Under the pieces are notes generated by a model that saw nothing but the letters and a program-made list of their open reading frames with translations, was not told the DNA's origin and did not search any database. 64,000 bases of DNA from positions 1 to 64,000 of IMG/VR virus record IMGVR_UViG_3300045988_017048; one strand, 5' to 3'. Every line of letters begins with the position of its first letter. The first letter of the stretch is position 1. The position numbers and the translations under genes were made by a program. The DNA comes from a virus. Positions 36,316 through 45,167 of this stretch are shown in pieces.

Positions 36316-37521
36316 TTACTTGAAAAGGGCTGCAAATTTACTAAATAGTTTAGTTATCCACAACCCTTTATCTATTTTACTTATTCCATAGCTAAAAAAT
36401 GACTTAGCTATCTTTGCTCTCATGTCTTGGAGAGATTTATATACGTTCTGTATCTTAGGGTCATCAGCTTTTGGTAGTTCACTGAAATAGTTGGCAGCTC
36501 CATCAAAGTATAAAGCTATTATACCTCCTGGACTTCCACCTCTATTGATAAGCACCTCCAAGAATCTACAATTATCCCTTAACTTTGAGATGTCATAACC
36601 AAAGTATTCTTTGAGTTCATACTTGAAAGGGCTAAATATACCCAAAGCTACATTACAATCTCTCATAGTATACTTTGAATCAGCAGCTCCTGCAACTGTA
36701 GGTCTTACTCTATTAAGTTTTATGTTCTCAATACCTTCATTCTCAAAGGCTTGCTGTTGTACAATTACAGGACTAAAGTTATATCTGTTTCTAAGTATAA
36801 CACAATACTCACTTAATTTGTCAATACTTTGTTTCAAGGACATTCCTCTCTCAGTATTAGTCAATGATATATGGTCATAGAATATAATTCTATACTCATC
36901 TGGGTCATTAGATTCATACCAATCAAAGGCATCCACAGTGGTAACTTCTCCTAATTCTCCTTTTATAGTTTGCTTCTTAGTGTGTACAATACCATTACTT
37001 TCTGCATACTTCCTACATTCATTGTATACTCCTGTAGGGTTTGTAGATGCACTAAATATAATATTACTTTCAAAGAATTTAAGAATATCCAAATACTCAT
37101 CCTTTTTAAGTAAGTCTATTATAGTTTCATCTAACACTTTATTATTCCTGACAGACCTTAGGTCAGTTGGGCTAATTCTTATCTTGTAGCCACTCAATGT
37201 GTAGAGCAGATAAGACATGAATCTTGTCATAATATCCTCAGGAGTTTCCTCCAAAGGATAATAAAATATCTTAACCCTCAGCTTGTCAGGATTATTATAG
37301 GCATAAAGTAGAGTATTATATATGAATAAATAAGATGCTATTTGAGTCTTAGCTGACTTTGTTGAGCCAGTTACAACATAATACTTACCCTGTTCTACTC
37401 CCAAGAAATCCTCACTAAATCTAATAAAGGGGGATGGAATAGAGTTTATACCGCCATTGATGACCTTTTTTCTCCTTTCTTCAAGACCACTTAATACTCT
37501 GTTTATAAGACTCTTATCCAT
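36316..37521 (-). CDS. DnaB-like replicative helicase
   Basis: Walker A VVTGSTKSAKTQ; Walker B IIFYDHISL; 401 aa; adjacent to the other replication genes. Confidence 0.6.
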   Translation of the reverse strand: MDKSLINRVLSGLEERRKKVINGGINSIPSPFIRFSEDFLGVEQGKYYVVTGSTKSAKTQIASYLFIYNTLLYAYNNPDKLRVKIFYYPLEETPEDIMTRFMSYLLYTLSGYKIRISPTDLRSVRNNKVLDETIIDLLKKDEYLDILKFFESNIIFSASTNPTGVYNECRKYAESNGIVHTKKQTIKGELGEVTTVDAFDWYESNDPDEYRIIFYDHISLTNTERGMSLKQSIDKLSEYCVILRNRYNFSPVIVQQQAFENEGIENIKLNRVRPTVAGAADSKYTMRDCNVALGIFSPFKYELKEYFGYDISKLRDNCRFLEVLINRGGSPGGIIALYFDGAANYFSELPKADDPKIQNVYKSLQDMRAKIAKSFFSYGISKIDKGLWITKLFSKFAALFK

Positions 37522-37522
37522 A

Positions 37523-38122
37523 CTACCTTAACTCTGTATTCCAATCCCTACTTAGAGTATCTTCTTGCCCGAAGTTCTCAATATAACTAATCAATTCTGA
37601 GTCTCCTTCAACCTCACCAGCAGCACCAACTTTCTCTTTGAATATGAAATACTTCAATAACCTCATATATGTATAGTTCCCATTGAAACCCTCCACATAC
37701 TTACTGGTTGCCTGTATGATTTGCTCATCAGTATAAGTACTTCCATACTTCTTAAAGAATAACTTTAATCTTCGCACAATCAAAGCTACCCCATCTGCCC
37801 AATAATAGTTAGTGCCATCTTTCTTACCTTTAGGAAATATCTCCTTTAGCCTTGTAGCCAACTGAATTAACCTGTCATTAGGTTCTTGTTTCTTATCAGA
37901 GTCTACAATTACAGAATCTATTACCTCAGTGCCCTTATTAGTAAGTCTCCATCCAATCTGCTGGAACAGGTCATCCCTGTTAGCAGTTATATAGCCTTTC
38001 CTGATTAGCTCCTTTTGAGCCACATCAAGGTCAGCATTATTATGGATGGCAAGCATTAAAAGAGCCTCAGCAAGACTAATGTTGTTCTTCTGACACCCTT
38101 CTTTACTTAAACATATTGTCAT
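37523..38122 (-). CDS. Hypothetical protein (199 aa)
   Basis: Coupled ORF between the two helicase genes. Confidence 0.65.
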   Translation of the reverse strand: MTICLSKEGCQKNNISLAEALLMLAIHNNADLDVAQKELIRKGYITANRDDLFQQIGWRLTNKGTEVIDSVIVDSDKKQEPNDRLIQLATRLKEIFPKGKKDGTNYYWADGVALIVRRLKLFFKKYGSTYTDEQIIQATSKYVEGFNGNYTYMRLLKYFIFKEKVGAAGEVEGDSELISYIENFGQEDTLSRDWNTELR

Positions 38123-39255
38123 AGCTTAATGTCATTAATACTATCAACACTAATGATAGAATCCTCAGAGTACTCCTCTATCATCTTCTGCACAAGTTCT
38201 TCTTCCCTTGTATCCTTGAAATAAGGTATGATAATAATAGGGGATTTATGTCTAAGTATTCTACCAACTCTTTGCTTTACTACAATCTCCGAACTATTCA
38301 AGTTGCAGAATATACCTATCCTACAATTAGTCAAGTTCACACCTTCATTGAGTATGTTACAGGCAGTAATATGTTTAATCTTGTTGAGATTAAACATCTC
38401 AAGGTTCTTTACTGAAGCCTTATTCTTCGAGGTGATATTATATTTACCTAACCTCTCTGACTGTTCAATACTACTACAGAAAGTCAAAGTCTTGTAATTT
38501 CTGAACTTGTCAAGAAGAGATGATACAAGGGCTTCCTTCTGTTCAGCACACCACTTCAGCCTTTTACCTGCTGTTGAAAGCCATAAGTTCTTCATCCTCT
38601 CATTTCTTGAGTTAAAGTACTTATTCTTGTACCACTCTATGAGTGAAGAGACACTATCATAATAACCTTTCTGAGTAGTAGTAACCTCCTTGCCAAATCT
38701 TTTGGTTCTGTATTTACATATAGAATTATCCAAGGTTAAAGGCAACAGATACACTGTAGGCTCAGGTAATACTTCATCTTTTACAGCCTCCTTGAGACCA
38801 CATTTAATGACCTCAGCCTTATGATTGTAGATGAAATAATCCCTCATGTCTCTCTTAATAGTGGCAGACAATCCAATGAAAGATTCACTAATATGGATAG
38901 TCTCCAATACATCAATTCTTGCTTCTGACAAATGCTGCATCTCATCTGCTACTACTACATCAAAGCATGAGTTCTCATAGTTCTTTAATGACTCATAACA
39001 CTCAATGGTAATATAGTCAGACTTAATACCTCCCCATTTCTCAATCTCATCCTTCCAAGTCTGCTTATGTACAGTCTTGGCTACAAGGATAAGTATAGTA
39101 GGGCACTCATTATCCCTAAATATCCTATCACATATATGATTAATGAGGTCTATTGCCAATTTGGATTTACCAAAGCCTGTGATTAGCTCCAATATCATAT
39201 ACTTAGTCATATCTACCTTAGATAAGGCTAAATCATGTATCTCTTCTCTTGTCAT
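38119..39255 (-). CDS. Superfamily 2 (DEAD/DEAH-like) helicase
   Basis: Motif I LITGFGKSKLA, motif II VVADEMQHL, motif VI QRVGRILR. Confidence 0.75.
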   Translation of the reverse strand: MTREEIHDLALSKVDMTKYMILELITGFGKSKLAIDLINHICDRIFRDNECPTILILVAKTVHKQTWKDEIEKWGGIKSDYITIECYESLKNYENSCFDVVVADEMQHLSEARIDVLETIHISESFIGLSATIKRDMRDYFIYNHKAEVIKCGLKEAVKDEVLPEPTVYLLPLTLDNSICKYRTKRFGKEVTTTQKGYYDSVSSLIEWYKNKYFNSRNERMKNLWLSTAGKRLKWCAEQKEALVSSLLDKFRNYKTLTFCSSIEQSERLGKYNITSKNKASVKNLEMFNLNKIKHITACNILNEGVNLTNCRIGIFCNLNSSEIVVKQRVGRILRHKSPIIIIPYFKDTREEELVQKMIEEYSEDSIISVDSINDIKL

Positions 39256-39758
39256 TCTCTGTTATTTACAATACTTTTTAATGTACTTATATATTCTTTA
39301 TCATTTGCATAGTTTATCTTTTCAAGAAAAGCATAGTAGTTATTCGGAGGTTGATATTTCTTTTGTATCCACTCCTTATAAGCTACAACACTTTCAGCCC
39401 AATGCTTGAACTTACAATACCTCTTTTCTTTACTATTATAAAGACCAAAGAGGTTATTATACTTCAAGCATATCTTAGACTTGAAATGTCCTGTTTCAAG
39501 AACAGCTTGGGCATAGACAATATCCTTATGCTCTAAACCATAATAAGACAAAGCCTCCTCCAGACCCTCCTTAGGGGTCTGAGAGAAGAACTTTGGCTGC
39601 TCATTAATAATGGTATCAGCTACCTCTATGACAGGGACAGTTTCAACCTTTGGCTGTTGAGAAACTATACTCTTGACCTGCAAGAGTAATACAATTACTA
39701 CACTCCACGGCACCACTGTAGCTGCTACAATGAGTGCTTTCAACCATTTATTTCTCAT
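39252..39758 (-). CDS. GH73-type peptidoglycan hydrolase (N-acetylglucosaminidase) with N-terminal signal-anchor; candidate endolysin
   Basis: N-terminal TM LKALIVAATVVPWSVVIVLLL; YAQAVLETGHFKS...YNNLFGL resembles the GH73/FlgJ motif. Confidence 0.6.
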   Translation of the reverse strand: MRNKWLKALIVAATVVPWSVVIVLLLQVKSIVSQQPKVETVPVIEVADTIINEQPKFFSQTPKEGLEEALSYYGLEHKDIVYAQAVLETGHFKSKICLKYNNLFGLYNSKEKRYCKFKHWAESVVAYKEWIQKKYQPPNNYYAFLEKINYANDKEYISTLKSIVNNRE

Positions 39759-40075
39759 ATCTTTCTTGAAAAGAATTTATCCTTGAATCTCCAATATGTG
39801 TACCAAGTACCATAATAGTAACTATCAGGGTCTGAGTAGTGCTTTAACCATATAACCCAAAATACAATGACCTCTGCTATATTAACAAATGGTATAATAC
39901 TAGTAATCAGCATGATAAGTGCTATCCACAATGGAATACCTATCTTTTTAGCTTTTTCCCAGTCAAAGTCCCACTTATTATTACCTTCTGACATGATTGT
40001 AATTGTATAAGTGTGCTTTAGTACATATATCTGGATTATGAAGGACACTAAACCAATTATAGTTAGATTTGCCAT
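39755..40075 (-). CDS. Small membrane protein (2-3 TM), holin-like candidate
   Basis: Hydrophobic segments IIGLVSFIIQIYVL, IPLWIALIMLITSIIPFV, VIVFWVIWL; adjacent to the lysin. Confidence 0.45.
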   Translation of the reverse strand: MANLTIIGLVSFIIQIYVLKHTYTITIMSEGNNKWDFDWEKAKKIGIPLWIALIMLITSIIPFVNIAEVIVFWVIWLKHYSDPDSYYYGTWYTYWRFKDKFFSRKI

Positions 40076-40599
40076 TAGATGTTGAGTTTATTGTTAATAT
40101 CAGAAGACTTAGGAAAGAGTTTCTTTCTTTCAATATCAGCTACTTCAATAGCTTCATTAAGAGTTTTATATCTTCCAAATGAGATACCATTTATTCTTAC
40201 CCTATACTTCCCATCTTCTAATGTAACATTTCTATGTTTAGTATTAGAATTTAATAGAGTAGAGATATTCTGAGCATTTTCTGTAGGAGTTACCTCCCTG
40301 AGATTGCTCTTTCTATTGTTCAAGGTATTATGGTCTATATGGTCAATAACATTGTTAGGATTACTTTTGCTCATAATAACATTGTGAATCCAGTACTGCT
40401 TTCTCACCTTATCAATCTGAACTTTCGTCTTAACCCCATCAATGTGTCCTGTCCTATTTCTATTAATATGCCATGTACTCTTGAATTGTGACACCCTCAT
40501 TAAGTCCTCTCTGTCTATATAACAAATTAAGTCCCTTTCTTTATAGTTTATGACTATACCTAAGGTGTCATCATCAATCTCTACTACTCTATTTTTCAT
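40075..40599 (-). CDS. Free-standing HNH endonuclease with AP2-like DNA-binding domain
   Basis: VIDHIDHNTLNNRKSNLREVTPTENAQN (HNH_3-type) followed by KYRVRINGISFGRYKTLNEAIE (AP2-like). Confidence 0.75.
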   Translation of the reverse strand: MKNRVVEIDDDTLGIVINYKERDLICYIDREDLMRVSQFKSTWHINRNRTGHIDGVKTKVQIDKVRKQYWIHNVIMSKSNPNNVIDHIDHNTLNNRKSNLREVTPTENAQNISTLLNSNTKHRNVTLEDGKYRVRINGISFGRYKTLNEAIEVADIERKKLFPKSSDINNKLNI

Positions 40600-41405
40600 T
40601 ATTTACCTCCCATTTTACTTACATCTAAAAACACTCCACTATTACCCCCTGAAACTACAGTTGGAATTTCTCCATTCCACTTCTCAATCCACTGCTGCTT
40701 GAGAATCAATGGAGTCAAAGCCTGTGTTCTAAGCTTATTAGCCTCTGCTTCAGCCTGTGCTGCAACTACCTTCTTCTCTGCCTCTGCCTTAACTACAGCA
40801 AGCTCATTCTGAGCCTTCTGAGCCTTTTGTATAGCAGCATTTTTGGCATTAACTGCATCTACAATAGACTGAGGATATTTCAATCCTGAAGTTAGCTGTT
40901 CCAACTGAAAATTTTCCTTGAGCAATGCCTTGGACAAATGTGCTTCAATAGCTTTCTCTACCATATCTCTGTTTGATACAATCTCATCAGTAGTATACTT
41001 ATTGAGCTGAATCCTAAAGGCATCCTTTACATAGTTAAAGAGAGTTCCATTGATAACATCAGCAAGCTCCTTCCTATACTTCTTGAATACCTGAGGTGAC
41101 TTGCCATCAGCAATCTTCAATGAAATAGTAGGGTCAATACTGAACTCTGAACCATCCTTTGCATTAATTGTGAAAGCAGGATAATCTACTGTCTGGACAT
41201 AAGTAGGATACTCATAAACCTGCTCAGTGAATGGATTATACCACACTGCACCAGTAACCAAAGATACATCATCTACACCCTTTTCAGAGCCATAGAGGTT
41301 TACCTTAATACCCTCACAACCTGCATCCACTCTCTCATAACCACATGAGGACATACCCAACATGGTAAACAATGCCATAAGGCACATAATTACTTTACTT
41401 TTCAT
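40599..41405 (-). CDS. SPFH/band-7 (prohibitin-like) lipoprotein
   Basis: Lipobox LGMSSC; Ala/Glu/Lys-rich coiled-coil tail AQKAQNELAVVKAEAEKKVVAAQAEAEANK is typical of SPFH proteins. Confidence 0.6.
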   Translation of the reverse strand: MKSKVIMCLMALFTMLGMSSCGYERVDAGCEGIKVNLYGSEKGVDDVSLVTGAVWYNPFTEQVYEYPTYVQTVDYPAFTINAKDGSEFSIDPTISLKIADGKSPQVFKKYRKELADVINGTLFNYVKDAFRIQLNKYTTDEIVSNRDMVEKAIEAHLSKALLKENFQLEQLTSGLKYPQSIVDAVNAKNAAIQKAQKAQNELAVVKAEAEKKVVAAQAEAEANKLRTQALTPLILKQQWIEKWNGEIPTVVSGGNSGVFLDVSKMGGK

Positions 41406-41586
41406 TTTCTTTTGTTTTAATGAATTTAATTATTACTTCTACACCCATCCATATAGCTACTATTAACAATACAATTCCTGCAATGTTAGCAGCTGTGTTA
41501 CTCATGGTGAGTAATTGAGTAACAGCATTTAGTGCTATGAATAAACATAGTACTAAACATACTACCTTGATAATGAATTTTCTCAT
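41395..41586 (-). CDS. Small membrane protein (63 aa, 2 TM)
   Basis: Hydrophobic ORF. Confidence 0.55.
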   Translation of the reverse strand: MRKFIIKVVCLVLCLFIALNAVTQLLTMSNTAANIAGIVLLIVAIWMGVEVIIKFIKTKENEK

Positions 41587-41590
41587 ATTA

Positions 41591-41797
41591 TTAATCCCAA
41601 TACCAAATACTTCTTGATACCATCTTTCTCATAGATATATGACCATCCAAGAGCTTCCAAAGCTTTTTATGTCTAAAAAACTTAAACTTTGCTTTTTCAC
41701 CATTTTTGCCTCCCACTATCTTATATATAGCTCTTTTCCTTATAGGATATTTGCTAAGATACTTATGGGGTATTTTGTACTTCTTTCCTTTACTCAT
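41591..41797 (-). CDS. Small basic hypothetical protein (68 aa)
   Basis: K/R-rich ORF. Confidence 0.5.
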   Translation of the reverse strand: MSKGKKYKIPHKYLSKYPIRKRAIYKIVGGKNGEKAKFKFFRHKKLWKLLDGHISMRKMVSRSIWYWD

Positions 41798-41988
41798 ATT
41801 ACAAATAGTTGTATGTAATTTCTTACTACCATAGGCTCATTGATAAAATGATTCCATTGGTGTTTATTATACCATAATAGAATCTTATATCTATTGCCTA
41901 CTACTATTATATCTATTGATGGCTCATAATGATTAAATAGGACCATCGCGTATATTATGAGTAAAACTATAATCCATATCCTTGTCAT
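41794..41988 (-). CDS. Small membrane protein (64 aa)
   Basis: N-terminal TM IWIIVLLIIYAMVLF. Confidence 0.5.
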   Translation of the reverse strand: MTRIWIIVLLIIYAMVLFNHYEPSIDIIVVGNRYKILLWYNKHQWNHFINEPMVVRNYIQLFVI

Positions 41989-42002
41989 AAATTACTTTTT
42001 TT

Positions 42003-42563
42003 TTATTCATCCTCTTTTGGTTCAGGACAACATACTACATACCTAAATCTTGAACAAATTCCTTTCCATTTTTTATAGTCCATACATGAGTTCTTTTTCA
42101 GCGATTTTTCATCAATGAAGTTACTTACACAAAGCATATCATACTTCTCAGTAGGATGATGAATTATCCCAAAGTACCTATCCAGTTCCTGTATAACTGC
42201 TTCAATAGTTTCACCTGATGATATAAAGTCATCCACAACTATAAACCTTGTAGCACCAACCTCATCAATTCCTCTCAATGAAGAACAATGAGCACCATCT
42301 TCCTTCTTCCTGACAATCAAGATATAGGTTCTAATAGTTGGATTAATGTTATGTAGCTCATTAAGCATAGCACCTGCAATCATGGCTCCTGATGTGCCTC
42401 TTGCTACAAAAGTAATGCTTGTACCTTTCTCAATGTCTTCTTTATATGTATTGAAGATTGCTTCTGCACATTGTTGTATATAACTATGCCTCCAATAAAC
42501 ACCAAATGGATATTCTACGCTAATAAAATGGTCAAGATGTATAAATTTAGGAATATATCCCAT
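42003..42563 (-). CDS. Phosphoribosyltransferase (PRTase) family protein
   Basis: PRPP-binding motif FIVVDDFISSGETI. Confidence 0.65.
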   Translation of the reverse strand: MGYIPKFIHLDHFISVEYPFGVYWRHSYIQQCAEAIFNTYKEDIEKGTSITFVARGTSGAMIAGAMLNELHNINPTIRTYILIVRKKEDGAHCSSLRGIDEVGATRFIVVDDFISSGETIEAVIQELDRYFGIIHHPTEKYDMLCVSNFIDEKSLKKNSCMDYKKWKGICSRFRYVVCCPEPKEDE

Positions 42564-42600
42564 AGTCTCTTAGTTTTATCCTACTTATTCAGTAGGTTGT

Positions 42601-42641
42601 AAAAAAAAGAAGGACAAGGATATTATAGTACCCTTGTCCTT
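42601..42641 (-). terminator. Intrinsic terminator after the 144-aa gene
   Basis: Minus strand hairpin AAGGACAAGG-gtactataatat-CCTTGTCCTT followed by CTTTTTTTT. Confidence 0.7.
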
Positions 42642-42661
42642 TGCTATAAGAATATTCCCAG

Positions 42662-43096
42662 TTAGTCCTCAAACACTTGATAAGTGTACGAAGTACCCCC
42701 AAGATGTTCTACTGTTCTCTGCAAATGAGCTTCAAGTCTTTCCTTTTCACTCATTGCAGCCCACTTGCCAGGCTTAGACCATGAAGGACAAGAATCCTTG
42801 TCAATCATGTACTCATAAGCCTCTTTGCTCATGTTCAGGGACTGTGTAGCTGGCTTGCACTTCCTTGTATAGAAAGTGATAATCTCTGGGTTGGTACCAT
42901 CCTTGTTAATCACTCTCATAGAGCACTTCTCCATCTTATCCCAATCCTCTACCTTTACCTTAATGGTTTTCTTGTAAATTTTACCAGATTTGGTCTTCTT
43001 CTCAATCACTTTGTGAGTTGTTTTAAGGCACTCCTCCTTGCTGAACATTGTGCTTCCTTGAAGCTCAATACTCAGACTTAACTTGATTTCACTCAT
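42662..43096 (-). CDS. Hypothetical protein (144 aa)
   Basis: ORF followed by a terminator. Confidence 0.65.
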   Translation of the reverse strand: MSEIKLSLSIELQGSTMFSKEECLKTTHKVIEKKTKSGKIYKKTIKVKVEDWDKMEKCSMRVINKDGTNPEIITFYTRKCKPATQSLNMSKEAYEYMIDKDSCPSWSKPGKWAAMSEKERLEAHLQRTVEHLGGTSYTYQVFED

Positions 43097-43101
43097 GTTT
43101 A

Positions 43102-43467
43102 TTAATCTTCTTCAGATTCTTTCTTCATAGTTGCAGCAAGCAAAAGGGCAGCTATTGTATCTTCTGCTGTGGCTTCTCCCTTATCTACCTTTTCTTTCAG
43201 TTCCTCTACCATTTTGACACGGAGAGTATACTTCAAGGCTTCAGTAACACTCACCAACTCTTTTGCATTGAGGAATATTGCACTTGTTATAATCACCTCA
43301 ATAGGTGCCTGTACTGTCTTGCCTTTGTAGCTTTCTACCAAGTTTTCAACAAGTTCAACATTGGTTAAACTACCACTCTCTTTGCCACCTTCAATGGCTT
43401 TCATAGCATTCTCAAAATGCTTCTGTTCCAGATTTCTTTCCAGAACCTTTTCTTCATTCTTTTCCAT
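43102..43467 (-). CDS. Hypothetical protein (121 aa)
   Basis: ORF with A-rich leader. Confidence 0.65.
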   Translation of the reverse strand: MEKNEEKVLERNLEQKHFENAMKAIEGGKESGSLTNVELVENLVESYKGKTVQAPIEVIITSAIFLNAKELVSVTEALKYTLRVKMVEELKEKVDKGEATAEDTIAALLLAATMKKESEED

Positions 43468-43496
43468 TTTTTTTTAGAAATGAAACAATAAATGTA

Positions 43497-43565
43497 GTGT
43501 ATCTTAAGACTCGAACCTAACCTCTAACCCAACAGTTAGTGTGCTACCAATTACACCAAGATACA
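43497..43565 (-). tRNA. tRNA-like gene with aberrant anticodon arm (possible pseudo-tRNA)
   Basis: Acceptor TGTATCT/AGATACA (7 bp), D arm GTGT-aattggta-GCAC, T arm TAGG-TTCGAGT-CTTA. The anticodon stem CTAAC/GTTAG encloses only 6 nt (TGTTGG); opened by one pair it is 8 nt. Total 69 nt. Confidence 0.4.
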
Positions 43566-43823
43566 AAGACAAGTTACACATAGCAAGTATCTACCAATAC
43601 AAAACCAATATCAATAGCAAGAACCTGTTACTCCATCAAGAACAAGAACATCCCTCCATCAGTCAGACTTCATAGGGTTGATTATTTGGAATAACAGACT
43701 ATCTAATGGCTGAGCATTAGATATATTACTTTGCATTAGCAATCATGTATATTCTTATTAATAAGAACAGATACCTGCCATGTGTATTCAATAAGGTTAG
43801 GGATTAATATCCCAAGTCCTTAT

Positions 43824-44723
43824 TTACTTGCCCAAAGAGTTGATAGTATTATAAATACCCAACAGTGAGTTAGGTACTACAATCTTCAACTTGCTGTACT
43901 CTTGAGATTTCTCATCCTTCCATGTCTTGAAGGCTCCCAATACATCTTTGAGTTCAGCTTGGTACTTCTGTGAAGCAGCCATATACTCTGTGTTCACCTT
44001 ATTGGTGGACTCATTAATAGCTTGTTCACAACTGTATTTCATAGCATTCAGTTGAGCCTGTACTTCTCTGTGCTTCTTTTGAAGCTCAAAGAATATATTA
44101 TCCACCTTTGTTACATCCACAGTAGGAATATAGGTATAGATGAAAGCATCCCTACCTTTACCATCTACCTTATGTGGGTGTTGGAGCTTATCTTTCAACT
44201 CCTTTCTTGCATCAGACAAGTGTCCTTCAGGATGAATATACTTGCCAAATACAGCAGCCTCAGCCTCTAACTGATAGTATCTATTTCTCTCCTTAATAGG
44301 AAGAGAATCATAATACTCTGCCTCAGTTAATACATGACCTCGGTTAGGAGCCTCAGGCTTAACTATTCCACTCTCCTTGTACCAGTCTTCAAGACTAATA
44401 GTCTGTAGGCCTTTCATCAAATTCTCCTTAGCTTTGATAGCTTCTCTCAACCAAGCTATAAGGGACTTAACCTGTGCTACCCCCTCAAGCATTGACTGTA
44501 GATTATTCAAGGCTTCAGGTGATACTCCTGCCTGAATGGTGATTGCATCACCAACACTACCTACTAATGCTACCTCAGCATAGAAGAAGCATATATTATT
44601 CAGTTGTGTCTCCACACCTTGGATATACTCCTTAGCTAAGTTAGCAATGTGGTTAGCACTTGTAGAAGTTAAGGCTACTCCTTCTTCACCTTCCTTCTTG
44701 AAGAAAACTAAATCCTCTTGCAT
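43824..44723 (-). CDS. Hypothetical protein (299 aa)
   Basis: ORF in the leftward arm. Confidence 0.7.
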   Translation of the reverse strand: MQEDLVFFKKEGEEGVALTSTSANHIANLAKEYIQGVETQLNNICFFYAEVALVGSVGDAITIQAGVSPEALNNLQSMLEGVAQVKSLIAWLREAIKAKENLMKGLQTISLEDWYKESGIVKPEAPNRGHVLTEAEYYDSLPIKERNRYYQLEAEAAVFGKYIHPEGHLSDARKELKDKLQHPHKVDGKGRDAFIYTYIPTVDVTKVDNIFFELQKKHREVQAQLNAMKYSCEQAINESTNKVNTEYMAASQKYQAELKDVLGAFKTWKDEKSQEYSKLKIVVPNSLLGIYNTINSLGK

Positions 44724-44738
44724 ATCTTACTGTTTTAA

Positions 44739-45134
44739 TTATTCGTGTAAATGTTTTAAGTAATTCTTATCTAAGTCAGGATGTTTGTGTATTAAGAATC
44801 TGCAACTTATACACACTATCAGGTGAGCTACACCTTCTGCTGCTATAATTCCTATTACAATATCCTGCCACTTAGGAAGTGAATCCCAGCTTGTCAAGAA
44901 GAGTACAAGAATGAGCATGGTTATCCAAAAAGTACTGCAATAGATGCAGAATCCCAATGGATATGCTATAAAATGTAAGAACCTATTGCCACTTTTAACC
45001 ATAGGTATAAACACTTTACTGTACAAAGGATAGAATATCATATCCTCAACCTTCAGGCAATTCCTATAGAATATGCCTAATAGTCCACCTATTACTCCCA
45101 ATAGCATGAACTCAAACATTAATACATAAAACAT
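44739..45134 (-). CDS. Integral membrane protein (131 aa, about 4 TM)
   Basis: Multiple hydrophobic segments. Confidence 0.6.
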   Translation of the reverse strand: MFYVLMFEFMLLGVIGGLLGIFYRNCLKVEDMIFYPLYSKVFIPMVKSGNRFLHFIAYPLGFCIYCSTFWITMLILVLFLTSWDSLPKWQDIVIGIIAAEGVAHLIVCISCRFLIHKHPDLDKNYLKHLHE

Positions 45135-45167
45135 ACTTTTTTTTTAGTTAATACTAAGATTGTTTTG

